Of a stretch of 64,000 nt of DNA, positions 31,077 to 40,662 are shown piece by piece. Where the stretch lies: contig BQJA01000002.1 in the NCBI GenBank assembly GCA_021604405.1, positions 25,386 to 89,385 on the forward strand, written 5' to 3'. The notes under the pieces were generated by a model. The model saw nothing but the letters and a program-made list of their open reading frames with translations. It was not told the origin of the DNA and ran no database searches. A program made the position numbers and the translations under genes. This DNA comes from Nitrosomonas sp. (GTDB lineage: Bacteria; Pseudomonadota; Gammaproteobacteria; Burkholderiales; Nitrosomonadaceae). Position 1 is the stretch's first letter. Every line of letters begins with the position of its first letter.

Positions 31077-32347
31077 AGCGCTTATTTTTACGATTTATTG
31101 GAAGCCGGCAAACTTTTCTATTCATTGCCTGCAGTCTTCTGCTCACATTGCTAACGACAAACCTGGCACTGGCTGATTTTACCGAGCCACAATCGCAACA
31201 GGGCGAATATCTTGCACTCGCAGGTAACTGCAAGGGATGTCATACCACCCTGGGTGGCAAACCTTATGCAGGTGGACGCAAGCTGCAGACCCCTTTTGGT
31301 GAATTTGTTACGCCAAACATAACACCCGATATCGAAACCGGCATCGGTCAATGGAGCAAAGAAGATTTCTGGCAAGCAATGCACCATGGAAAAGCAAAAG
31401 ATGGCCGCTATTTATACCCTGTTTTTCCATATATTGAATATACCAAGGTCACACGACAAGATTCGGACAAAATTTTTGACTATCTGCGGTCACTGCCTCC
31501 CGTTGCACAAGCTAACCCGCCGCACAAAATAGACCCACCTTATGATAACCAGTTTTTGTTGTTTCTCTGGCGCACGTGGTATTTCGAGGAAGGTGTTTAT
31601 AAACCGGACAGTTCAAAAAGTGAGGAATGGAATCGTGGCGCCTACTTGGTTCAAGGGCTTGGGCACTGTACTGCATGCCATACTTCACGCAATGTTTGGG
31701 GCGCAAGCCAGGACGGTGAACTACAAGGTGGAGAAATCATGGGAACCTTCTGGTACGCGCCTTCCCTGATATCCCCATTGGAAGCCGGGATGGGGGACTG
31801 GCCGATAGAGACTGTCGTTGAGTTGCTATCAACAGGCATCACCAACCATGCCGTAACCTCAGGTCCAATGGCTACAATCGTTCGGGAAAGTCTGCAACAC
31901 CTGTCAGCGGCTGATATGCGCGCAATGGCAGTCTATCTTCAGTCGATAGGTAAGAAAGAAATTGATATTAAAAAAACCAGGAAAATTCCTCCCATGCCAG
32001 AAGCCGTACGCCAATATCTGGCAAAAGGCGAGCTAATTTATGAGAAACACTGCCAGGATTGCCATGGCGAATCCGGTCAGGGCGTATCGAACATTTATCC
32101 ACCATTGGCAGGTAATCGCAGTGTGACACTGACTTCTCCGTTAAATACCATTCGTAGCGTATTATATGGCGGATATCCACCGTCTACAGCCGGAAATAAG
32201 CGACCATACGGTATGCCACCCTACCAACATATCATTCATGATACAGAAATCGCCCAAGTGGTCTCTTATATCAGAAATGCATGGGGAAATTTGGGTAGTT
32301 TGGTGAATCAATTCGATGTCGATGACAGCCGGGGATACGAGTATTAG
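31073..32347 (+). CDS. Tri-heme cytochrome c, gluconate/alcohol dehydrogenase cytochrome-subunit type
   Basis: CKGCH, CTACH, CQDCH; PNITPD..TGIG.W, LYPVFPY, RGAYLVQGLGHC; ATGA overlap with the upstream gene. Confidence 0.92.
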   Translation: MKRLFLRFIGSRQTFLFIACSLLLTLLTTNLALADFTEPQSQQGEYLALAGNCKGCHTTLGGKPYAGGRKLQTPFGEFVTPNITPDIETGIGQWSKEDFWQAMHHGKAKDGRYLYPVFPYIEYTKVTRQDSDKIFDYLRSLPPVAQANPPHKIDPPYDNQFLLFLWRTWYFEEGVYKPDSSKSEEWNRGAYLVQGLGHCTACHTSRNVWGASQDGELQGGEIMGTFWYAPSLISPLEAGMGDWPIETVVELLSTGITNHAVTSGPMATIVRESLQHLSAADMRAMAVYLQSIGKKEIDIKKTRKIPPMPEAVRQYLAKGELIYEKHCQDCHGESGQGVSNIYPPLAGNRSVTLTSPLNTIRSVLYGGYPPSTAGNKRPYGMPPYQHIIHDTEIAQVVSYIRNAWGNLGSLVNQFDVDDSRGYEY

Positions 32348-32452
32348 TTTTGGAGCGTTTCCGGGCTTATTGATTAGATGCGGATTTTCCACCTTGTCAT
32401 CAAGTGCTTACTCAGTTCTCGTTTACGCAAAAACCTTGCCGTAACTTCGCCT

Positions 32453-32500
32453 GACAAGATCCGATTTCTTGCGATCACACTTTACGGAAATCGGGTTGTC
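32453..32500. terminator. Hairpin between convergent genes
   Basis: CCGATTTC (32461-32468) and GAAATCGG (32487-32494), extended by GACAA/TTGTC. Confidence 0.4.
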
Positions 32501-32509
32501 TCTCAGAAG

Positions 32510-32932
32510 CTATTCAATAGCAAGACCCTGTTCTTGCCAATGCGGAATTCCTGTCCGGTAATAGGCAACCTGCTTCCATCCCCACTTAACGGCTTTTTCG
32601 CTCGCAATCGAACTACCCATACAGGTAATTCCGTTGCAATAAAAAACCACGAGCTGATCTTTTTCAGCGACCTTGCGCAAATTTTTAGCGGTAAATTCTT
32701 CACTATGAATAGCCAGATGGATGGCACCAGGGATATGGCCGTTACCGAAGTGTTTCATACCTCGCACATCGACAAATGGATATCCTTTGTTATGGAGCAG
32801 TCTGGCTGTTTCGGTGCCAATCGTAATAGCGCCCGGCACCTTTAAAGGCGCCGTATCTTCAGCGCAAACCAAGGATATATTCAGTAACATCACAAGCAAT
32901 AAAGACAGAGTTTGCAATCTATGACGTGTCAT
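32510..32932 (-). CDS. Exported rhodanese-like protein
   Basis: Signal peptide, VDVR, GHIPGA, active-site loop FYCNGITC. Confidence 0.9.
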   Translation of the reverse strand: MTRHRLQTLSLLLVMLLNISLVCAEDTAPLKVPGAITIGTETARLLHNKGYPFVDVRGMKHFGNGHIPGAIHLAIHSEEFTAKNLRKVAEKDQLVVFYCNGITCMGSSIASEKAVKWGWKQVAYYRTGIPHWQEQGLAIE

Positions 32933-32972
32933 TTCATTATTTAACAGAATGTATTTTAAAATATATCTCTAC

Positions 32973-34022
32973 TCAAGCAACAGTCACGGCCTCAGACGAG
33001 TAAACATCTTGAATTGCGTTTAGCAGTTTTATACCTTCTGCGAACGGTTTCTGAAATGCTTTGCGTCCAGAAATTAATCCCATGCCACCGGCACGTTTAT
33101 TAATAACCGCGGTGCGAATCGCCTGGTGCAAATCATCGCTACCTGATTCACCGCCTGAGTTAATCATGCCGACGCGCCCCATGTAGCAATTCGCCACCTG
33201 ATAACGCACCAGATCAATCGGATGATCTGTAGTAAGTTCGCTATAAACCTTTCGATTGGTTTTACCAAATTTGATCGCATTGTAACCGCCGTTATTAATC
33301 GCCATTTTCTGTTTGACGATATCAGCGCCAATAGTGACTGCCAGATGATTGGCTTGACCAGTTAGATCAGCGCTCACGTGATAATCTTTGTCGGCGGTCT
33401 TGAATGCTGTATTACGCGCATAAGCCCAGAGAATAGTCACCATGCCCAGGCTATGCGCATGTTCGAATGCTTCTGACACTTCCAGTATCTGCCGACGTGA
33501 TTCTTCGGAACCATAGAAAACCGTTGCACCAACAGCGCAGGCGCCCATATCAAAAGCTTGATCAACACTTGCAAAAAGTGTCTGGTCGAATTTATTGGGA
33601 TAAGTCAGCAATTCATTATGATTAATTTTAAGAATCATCGGAATTTTATGTGCATAACGCCGTGATATGCTACTTAACACACCCAATGTCGACGCAACAC
33701 CATTGCAACCCCCCTCGATAGCAAGCTCGACAATATTATTTGGATCAAAATACATCGGATTGGGTGCAAATGAAGCGCCTGCGGAATGTTCCACACCCTG
33801 GTCGACCGGCAGCAGGGAAAGGTAGCCGCTTCCGGCTAACCGCCCATGATTGTAAAGAGACTGAAGATTACGCAGCACGCTGGGTTTGCGGTTACTCGCC
33901 GCCATTACCCGGTCAATAAAATCCGGTCCCGGGACATATAATCCTTCCTTAGGTATCCCAGTGCAGACATGATTAAGAATCCGCTCGCTCTCGTCGCCCA
34001 AAATAGCAGTAATATCTGTCAT
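32973..34022 (-). CDS. fbaB: Class I fructose-bisphosphate aldolase
   Basis: ILPVDQG-type motif ([16 protein letters not shown]), [25 protein letters not shown]; AGGAG RBS before the ATG at 34022. Confidence 0.95.
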   Translation of the reverse strand: MTDITAILGDESERILNHVCTGIPKEGLYVPGPDFIDRVMAASNRKPSVLRNLQSLYNHGRLAGSGYLSLLPVDQGVEHSAGASFAPNPMYFDPNNIVELAIEGGCNGVASTLGVLSSISRRYAHKIPMILKINHNELLTYPNKFDQTLFASVDQAFDMGACAVGATVFYGSEESRRQILEVSEAFEHAHSLGMVTILWAYARNTAFKTADKDYHVSADLTGQANHLAVTIGADIVKQKMAINNGGYNAIKFGKTNRKVYSELTTDHPIDLVRYQVANCYMGRVGMINSGGESGSDDLHQAIRTAVINKRAGGMGLISGRKAFQKPFAEGIKLLNAIQDVYSSEAVTVA

Positions 34023-34080
34023 TTTCACTCCTGTTAGCAAGTTTATTGACATATTTCATTGCGTTTTACTTATGCATCAT

Positions 34081-34122
34081 ACCCTAGCTTACGCACATTT
34101 AGCCATCATTGATCTGCATCAA
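34081..34122 (-). promoter_or_regulatory. FNR/CRP-family box with class II-spaced -10 element upstream of fbaB
   Basis: TTGAT-CTGC-ATCAA at 34109-34122 (perfect consensus). The minus-strand hexamer TAGGGT begins 29.5 bp from the box centre, which places the box at -41.5. Confidence 0.6.
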
Positions 34123-34943
34123 TTTTTCTTCTGCATTGAGCGAGGTCGAAAATAAAGACGGTTATCGTAGTAGCTTTGCTCCGCATTACCTGAAGACCAG
34201 CCGGGATAGCCCAGTACAGGTACTGGCGTCAAGTCTGTTGTGGCAGTCAAATGCTGGCGTATATAAACACTCAGCATCGTATCAATAAATTCTAATTGAG
34301 AAGATAATGTTTGACTGAAGAATTCCTCAGCAACAGGAAGGACAATTCCTTTACCGGTCATGCCAACATATGGACTTAACGCTTTTTCGTAAAGACCATG
34401 ACCAAATATAAAAAATTTCATGTGTGCAAGCAACCTTGTCCTTTGTGTCCAGAACAATTCTTTCCATTCAAAGTCTTTTAATAACTGCGCTAAATTGTCA
34501 TCACTGCAAACGACGACGACACCCGATTCATCAAAGCATGTGGCTGCATCCCGCAGCAAGCCACGCTGTTTTTTTCCGCCCTGCCATTCCTGCATCATCG
34601 CCTGATAGTGCAACTGGTTCAATTCCGCCTTGGTTTTGGAGAAAACTATCCACACCAATGCATTGAAAAGATCATGCCAATTGCATAATCGGGTCTGCAC
34701 TTCTCCCTTTTGATAAATTCGAACTTCATATTGTTCCTCAAAACCGCATACTGACTTTTGCTGTGGAACAAAGTGAACGGACTTCCCTGACCGGGTGGCA
34801 ATTCGCCCGGATGATTGATGGATTAAATATGCGATGTCTCTGAAATTGGGCCAATCACTGAGTTTTTCAAGGCTACTGCCAATAGGATGTAACGGCTCAA
34901 ATATTGGGGAAGTATTTAAAAAATCCGGTTTCCAGCCTGGCAC
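34119..34943 (-). CDS. DUF3025-family protein
   Basis: YEVRIYQKGEVQTR..NWHDLFNALVW, RDAATCFDESGV, FGHGLYEKALSPY. Confidence 0.88.
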   Translation of the reverse strand: MPGWKPDFLNTSPIFEPLHPIGSSLEKLSDWPNFRDIAYLIHQSSGRIATRSGKSVHFVPQQKSVCGFEEQYEVRIYQKGEVQTRLCNWHDLFNALVWIVFSKTKAELNQLHYQAMMQEWQGGKKQRGLLRDAATCFDESGVVVVCSDDNLAQLLKDFEWKELFWTQRTRLLAHMKFFIFGHGLYEKALSPYVGMTGKGIVLPVAEEFFSQTLSSQLEFIDTMLSVYIRQHLTATTDLTPVPVLGYPGWSSGNAEQSYYDNRLYFRPRSMQKKN

Positions 34944-34944
34944 G

Positions 34945-36222
34945 TCACTTCCCGATATTTTCTTCTACTGATTTTAATTTGTTTGCCAGAAAAATACATA
35001 CGACAGTTGCTAACACGGCAATCAGTCCCACTGTATCATAATTTGTCATTTCTCCGCTCGCGGATACGCCAATGATGGCGCCAGCTAACAGAGAAGCGAG
35101 GCCAGCAGATAATTGTTGCACGGAAGAATTAAAACTCATAAAACTGCCACGCAAATGGGGCGCAACACTGGTCGTTATCAACGCCATTGCTGGGATGAAC
35201 CTTCCAGTAACCATAACCATGAATAGCGTAGTAACAACAAGAATTAGCGGCAAAGACGTCTCCGACAATTGCGTCACCAGCATAATCGGGAGAATAGAAA
35301 CAATGGCTACAATCGTAAATAATCGGCGCTTGCCATGGCGATCAGCGAGACGGCCAATCAGGCGCGCAGTGAAAAAAGTAGATAAACCACCAAAAAAATA
35401 AAGATAAGGAAGCTCGGCTTCTCGCATACCGGCATTTGAAACCACATACGCACTAATAAAAGGAATTACGGTAAAACCAGCAAACATAAGCATGGCAATT
35501 AAAGAAAACGCAACCAAATGATTGGGATTAGAGAAAATAACCTGCAATTGCCGGAATGGATTCTTTTCGCGTTGATGCAACAGATGCCCGCGTACTGGCG
35601 GCAATAGGCGCAGTACAGCAAAAATGATCAGCAAGGCCAATATAGCGAGAAAAAAGTAGGGTGCACGCCAGTCCAGCAACTCGGCAAGAAACAGGCCTGT
35701 TGGGACGCCGATGACCGAAGCCAATGGAAATGACGATAATATAGTACCCGTTGCTCTTCCCCGTCGGTGCTCAGGGATAATGTCAGCAACAATAGAAAAA
35801 ACAACTGCGCTCATCACGCCACCGAAGGCACCAGCCACTGCCCTTGCCGCCAGCAATGTCTGATAGTCCTTTGACAGGGCGCATAGCAAGACAGCTAGGC
35901 TAAAGCCGCCACAAACAACAATGACAGACTTTTTACGATCAAAGTGATCAATAATGAATGCCGCAAAAAACCCACAAATACCGGCGCTAAACGTATAAAC
36001 CGTTATCAACAGACCAAACTGCTGCGGCGAGATTTCATATAACCGCATGAATTGCGGCGCCAATGGCATAATTATGGTGAAGTCCATAATATGCAGAAAC
36101 TGCACGCTGACTAAAACAGCGAGTATTTGCCATTCTCTTGGTGATGCAGCGTGTGGAACAACACCACAGTCGACGAGCTCGGAACTGCTGCCGGCCTGGA
36201 GCATTTCTTCGGTTTTTGGCAT
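34945..36222 (-). CDS. MFS transporter
   Basis: About 12 TM segments; DHFDRKK and GRLADRHGKRR motif A; ARAVAGAFGG. Confidence 0.93.
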   Translation of the reverse strand: MPKTEEMLQAGSSSELVDCGVVPHAASPREWQILAVLVSVQFLHIMDFTIIMPLAPQFMRLYEISPQQFGLLITVYTFSAGICGFFAAFIIDHFDRKKSVIVVCGGFSLAVLLCALSKDYQTLLAARAVAGAFGGVMSAVVFSIVADIIPEHRRGRATGTILSSFPLASVIGVPTGLFLAELLDWRAPYFFLAILALLIIFAVLRLLPPVRGHLLHQREKNPFRQLQVIFSNPNHLVAFSLIAMLMFAGFTVIPFISAYVVSNAGMREAELPYLYFFGGLSTFFTARLIGRLADRHGKRRLFTIVAIVSILPIMLVTQLSETSLPLILVVTTLFMVMVTGRFIPAMALITTSVAPHLRGSFMSFNSSVQQLSAGLASLLAGAIIGVSASGEMTNYDTVGLIAVLATVVCIFLANKLKSVEENIGK

Positions 36223-36338
36223 TAAAAGTGGAGTAAATGCGAATAGTTCAACTGGAACAAACCATCATTTTGGACAACATGATTTCCATTTTCATAAAAA
36301 AATCATGTATGCTGCAGCAGCCAATGGCAGTTTTGATA

Positions 36339-36689
36339 CTATATGACACCCAGTAGGATAATATTAAATAAGATCATAATCGCCCCAACTATCAACCAGT
36401 TTTTACCTGCTTTTTTGGCTGAAGGGTGATCTTTCCGCATATAGGTAAAACCCATGATTATACCAATAATCGGAAAAATTACGGTGGCAATCATAATGCC
36501 TATATAGAGCCCATTCGAAACGCCAGATTTTTCAGGTGCTTTTGGCTTAAGATCGATACCGACGATGCGTTGATGAACCGCAGGCTCCGGTTGCGGCGTT
36601 TCTTCGCCGTCTTTCACCAACCGCGCTCCACATTTTATACAAAGTATTGCTTCGTCAGAATTTTCAGTTTCACATTTAGGGCACAGCAT
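36339..36689 (-). CDS. Zinc-ribbon membrane protein
   Basis: CPKC-x12-CIKC N-terminus, Pro-rich linker, two C-terminal TM helices. Confidence 0.8.
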   Translation of the reverse strand: MLCPKCETENSDEAILCIKCGARLVKDGEETPQPEPAVHQRIVGIDLKPKAPEKSGVSNGLYIGIMIATVIFPIIGIIMGFTYMRKDHPSAKKAGKNWLIVGAIMILFNIILLGVI

Positions 36690-36768
36690 GACAATAACCT
36701 CTATTGTTATCAGTATTTGACAGAAAGTATTTTCTTAACAATATGATCCGTAACCAGTTTTAAAAAGT

Positions 36769-36783
36769 ATCAATGCAATTGAT
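36769..36783. promoter_or_regulatory. Palindrome ATCAAT-N3-ATTGAT (ATC-N9-GAT, T-N11-A)
   Basis: Seen directly, 80 bp upstream of the zinc-ribbon gene. Confidence 0.3.
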
Positions 36784-36923
36784 TTACTATAAATCATACA
36801 AGAGCCATGTTTCTTTGGCTACCTGTCTTAATATTTTGCAATTTAATCATACATTCATCCTTAACGCTTAATTTTTGCCATCAATCAGATTTATAAATCC
36901 GCCCGAATTCTATTGGCATTACA

Positions 36924-38351
36924 TTATGGGATTATCGTTATCGCGACGGAATCCTTGAACGTACCATCAACAACACCATCCATATTGTCATCTATTGCAA
37001 AAGTAAACGTATAAGTACCGGGAATCAAATCATTTGTCGAACCATTAAAAATAGTAAAAGCAGACAGCTTATCCATGGATCCACCAAACAATCGAATCGC
37101 CGTAACGGTATGTATGAACTGCAATTGTGCGTCAAGCCAGAAAGTACCCAGCGGTGTAATTGCCCACACCCAATAATCGGCTTGGTTGCCGGCGTGAGCG
37201 CCCGGGTTCAGCATCACAGCGAGCGATAACAGCTCCCCCTGCTTGAGCGTAACTGCATCAGTGATGTCGTTGGCGAGGATAGTCACGACGGGGTTAGTAT
37301 GTTCTGGCGGAATTAGGGGCGACGATTCATTATTGAAAAACCATGAAAACGCCGTATTAAAAGAAATGTGCGCACCGCTGTTAACATGCAGATGGTTTGG
37401 ACTGATATAGGCGCCGGTCATACTGCAGGCTGCAAATGAGGCCATATCATCAAAATTAAAAACGATATCGGCAACATCGGTAAACCCTTCAAAACGTAAG
37501 GTTAAGGTATAGTCATCAGCCGTCCCGGCAATCATATCCAGCCCACTCATTCCTAAAGACAAGGTTGCCACATCGTCGGCCGACAAAGTACGCCGTGTCT
37601 CGCCGGCAAACATTCCCTGCTGCATCACTGACTCAGTATTGGCCACGCCCAGTGAAGCAGCGACATCCCGATCGCCATTGGCAGCAAAAAGATGGGTAGC
37701 GGGAAGGTCGGACAAATTCCGGCTGTAAGTTGTTTTATCCACCACCCCATCAAGCACGAAAGGATTATTGTCTTTCTTGCGGAACCAGTGAAGGTTGATA
37801 TCATCCCCCCGCATATCATCCTTGGAACCGATAATACCGTCAGCGCCCATATTAATATCAAAAACATTATTCGTACTCGGGATTGTGCTTGTGAAATTTT
37901 TATTGATGCCTGTCAATCCAGATTCCGACGCCAGATTAGGATGCGCCAAGCCAATACAATGCCCTAGCTCATGTAGTGCAACGGACTCAAAATCGAACTG
38001 ATTCCGGGGAATACTGTTATCCAGATTTGTTATGGTCGGCTGCAAACGATTCCAGGTATTGACAGCATTTTGAATTGGCGTCACCATTTCAGCTGCATGG
38101 GGGGATGCGGGTGAAATGCCAACGGTGACGATCAAGTTCCCACCGCTACCCTGGTACCCCGCTGGATGCGTGATGATATCCACACCCTCTGTATTTGCAA
38201 ACGCAAAAACACCCGCAAACACCTGCGTCCCACCCAACCCCGTCATGAACAGGAAACCGTATTTTATAATCTTAAGAAACGGTAATCGAATATCCTGCTT
38301 TTTCGTCCAGCCGCTAAACTTTGTCATATCTGACCATGAAGCCACTGTCAT
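36924..38351 (-). CDS. Secreted metzincin (M10/matrixin-like) metalloprotease with C-terminal beta-rich domain
   Basis: HELGHCIGLAH (HExxHxxGxxH), Met-turn candidate ESVMQ, N-terminal hydrophobic segment. Confidence 0.85.
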   Translation of the reverse strand: MTVASWSDMTKFSGWTKKQDIRLPFLKIIKYGFLFMTGLGGTQVFAGVFAFANTEGVDIITHPAGYQGSGGNLIVTVGISPASPHAAEMVTPIQNAVNTWNRLQPTITNLDNSIPRNQFDFESVALHELGHCIGLAHPNLASESGLTGINKNFTSTIPSTNNVFDINMGADGIIGSKDDMRGDDINLHWFRKKDNNPFVLDGVVDKTTYSRNLSDLPATHLFAANGDRDVAASLGVANTESVMQQGMFAGETRRTLSADDVATLSLGMSGLDMIAGTADDYTLTLRFEGFTDVADIVFNFDDMASFAACSMTGAYISPNHLHVNSGAHISFNTAFSWFFNNESSPLIPPEHTNPVVTILANDITDAVTLKQGELLSLAVMLNPGAHAGNQADYWVWAITPLGTFWLDAQLQFIHTVTAIRLFGGSMDKLSAFTIFNGSTNDLIPGTYTFTFAIDDNMDGVVDGTFKDSVAITIIP

Positions 38352-38989
38352 TCAATTTTCTGAAGATCAGGCCGGTGCATTATCGCCGATAATTCCTGCT
38401 GAATTACAGCGAGATCCTGTATTTCATCAATATCTGGATATTTGCTGGCATCCCATTTCAGCCCATGCCAGGAAATTTCTTTCATTGCCTTCCGGCTTCC
38501 GTCTCCAAAATCTGTTGACTTATAACGATTTGGATAAAACTCAATGAGCGTGGTTGAGGCATTCGCGACAGTAGACGGCGTGCGTGATAATTCATCTTGT
38601 GACGGATCCTTCACATCAAGACGCTGACGAAGCGTTTCTCTACTGAGTTCCAGTATATGTTTCTGGCTCAGCAGCGCCCATAATCGTTCCATATCGCTTG
38701 GCGCCAGGTGTGTGCCATATGTGCCAGCACGCCGCATATAAGGTGGATAATAAACCACAACATAACCGTCTATATAGATGTGCAAGGAGGCGCCGCCTTC
38801 GACTTCTCTTAGTGAATTCTGTTTTTCCGTATAGTGCAGTAAAACTGTCTCTGAATGATGTTGATGGTTATTGCTTGCAGCGGAAAAAGCGGATAATTCC
38901 TCCATATCCTGAAAGGAAAAGGCGTGAAAAGGATGTAAAAAGAGCAATATAGTAAGCAAATATAAGCTTAACTGTAATTTGGCTGACAT
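38348..38989 (-). CDS. Hypothetical secreted protein coupled to the protease
   Basis: 213 aa, signal peptide, short His cluster NNHQHH; ATGA overlap with the protease start. Confidence 0.75.
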   Translation of the reverse strand: MSAKLQLSLYLLTILLFLHPFHAFSFQDMEELSAFSAASNNHQHHSETVLLHYTEKQNSLREVEGGASLHIYIDGYVVVYYPPYMRRAGTYGTHLAPSDMERLWALLSQKHILELSRETLRQRLDVKDPSQDELSRTPSTVANASTTLIEFYPNRYKSTDFGDGSRKAMKEISWHGLKWDASKYPDIDEIQDLAVIQQELSAIMHRPDLQKIE

Positions 38990-39164
38990 ATTTTTTCTAC
39001 AAATTAATTGTAGTAATTATTCAGATTGGCATTAAAAATTGCCAGATAAAGGGCAATAGTTCCTCTCATCTTAGTCCGCTTGAAATACCACCTCAATTCA
39101 GTAATCACCTGATAAATCAGGAAACCAATGATTATGTTGCAAATTCTTAATGAAACGTAATATC

Positions 39165-39404
39165 CTAGCTTAAAGGTCGCTGGTCGTACGCTTTAAACCT
39201 TGCCGCATCAATAATACACCAAAGATGAAAAATACCGCCGATAATGGCAGGAATGATCAATACTGCAAAAAAATAATTAGCGCCCACTATTACAAAAAAC
39301 AACAATGCAGCCAATACGCGTCCTTGGACCAGTTGGCCCAGGCCGGGAATAAAGAAACTGCAAATCGCTGCTAGCACGTTTCCGCCAGAGCCCTGTCCTG
39401 ACAT
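39165..39404 (-). CDS. Small membrane protein with TM2-like FFIPGLGQ motif
   Basis: MSGQGSGGNVLAAICSFFIPGLGQLVQGR..., GGAG RBS before the ATG at 39404. Confidence 0.8.
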   Translation of the reverse strand: MSGQGSGGNVLAAICSFFIPGLGQLVQGRVLAALLFFVIVGANYFFAVLIIPAIIGGIFHLWCIIDAARFKAYDQRPLS

Positions 39405-39558
39405 AGAGATTCTCCCAGTTACTTGATATGAATATAATAACAGGTGTTTGTGGTCAAGATGCACATATGCCAATATGGCAATAACAAACAGTCGTAAAAT
39501 CAATAATAAAACAAAAATCCGACTGAGACATCATTTTGCAGTAAACAGCTTTCTCTCA

Positions 39559-40470
39559 TCAATATGTCTCTGGCATGAGTCCAGGCGCTTCTTTCAGCAA
39601 GAAATCTTTAAACGCCTTCGCCACCCCTGACAAACGCTTGTTCTTGCGGTAAACAATATGCCAGTACCGCATAATTGGAAAGCCCTGTACATCCAGTATT
39701 TTTAAACGGTTCGTGGCAATTTCCAGTTCTGCAGTATGCATTGATATGATACCCAGCCCCATTCCTGCCTGCACAGCCTGTTTGATCGCTTCGGTGGTAT
39801 CCGTTTCCATTCCACTGTTAATGGTGATTTTATGCTTGGCAAAGAAACGCTCCATGGCGCTGCGTGTGCCTGAGCCAGTCTCACGCAGCAAAAATATTTC
39901 CTGTGACAGCCGCTTAACGGGAATTCTGCTAATCTCGCAAAGGGGATGATCAGGTGGTGCGATCACCACCAGTGGATTCTCCATAAATGTTTCACTGACA
40001 ATGTCCAGATTTTTTGGTGGCTGTCCTATGATCGCAAGATCAGTTAGGTTATCCGCCAGTTGTTTCAAGACTGCCTCACGGTTTGAAACATTCAAACTGA
40101 CAGTCACGCCACTGTATCGCTGGCAGAATTTAGCCAATAAATGCGGGGCAAAATAATTGGCGGTACTCACCACTGAGATATTGAGTTTGCCACGTTCCAG
40201 TCCTTTTAACTCATCCAGCGCCACTTCCATATCGGACAACTGCCGTGAAATCGCGCGGCTGTACTGATACAATTCAAGCCCCGCTTCAGTCAAATAAATT
40301 TGCTTTCCGACCTGTTCAAGCAACGGCAACTCAATGTTTCCTTCAAGCTGCTTTATCTGCATGGAAACAGCCGGCTGGGTTAAATGCAACTCTGCCGCCG
40401 CACGTGAATAACTCAAATTACGGGCTACACATTCAAACACTTCCAATTGTCGCAGGGTAAGATGCATCAT
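39559..40470 (-). CDS. cbbR: RuBisCO operon LysR regulator
   Basis: HLTLRQLEVF, AAELHLTQPAVSMQ, RETGSGTR; divergent from cbbL. Confidence 0.93.
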   Translation of the reverse strand: MMHLTLRQLEVFECVARNLSYSRAAAELHLTQPAVSMQIKQLEGNIELPLLEQVGKQIYLTEAGLELYQYSRAISRQLSDMEVALDELKGLERGKLNISVVSTANYFAPHLLAKFCQRYSGVTVSLNVSNREAVLKQLADNLTDLAIIGQPPKNLDIVSETFMENPLVVIAPPDHPLCEISRIPVKRLSQEIFLLRETGSGTRSAMERFFAKHKITINSGMETDTTEAIKQAVQAGMGLGIISMHTAELEIATNRLKILDVQGFPIMRYWHIVYRKNKRLSGVAKAFKDFLLKEAPGLMPETY

Positions 40471-40499
40471 CAGTCAGTCATTACAGTAGTAATAGTAAT

Positions 40500-40515
40500 A
40501 TAAGGTAAACCTTAT
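40500..40515. promoter_or_regulatory. Palindrome ATAAGGT-AA-ACCTTAT, likely CbbR site
   Basis: Perfect 7-bp inverted repeat in the cbbR-cbbL divergent promoter. Confidence 0.5.
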
Positions 40516-40662
40516 CACATTTATTAGAATTTTTGATTTGTCCTTATAGTTAATATTCGCTATAGTTCATTTTGAGTTGAGTAATCTTGTTTGTTAATTC
40601 ACCCCCCTGCTCATTTCTGTAGCAGCAGAAAAATTGAACGGGATTTAATTGGAGAAAATGTT

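Noticed and set aside
32378-32845. 155-aa plus-strand ORF
   Set aside because: Antisense to the rhodanese gene, no motif, weak start.
39027-39042. TGGCA...TTGC sigma54-like motif
   Set aside because: GG to GC spacing is 11, whereas sigma54 needs 10.
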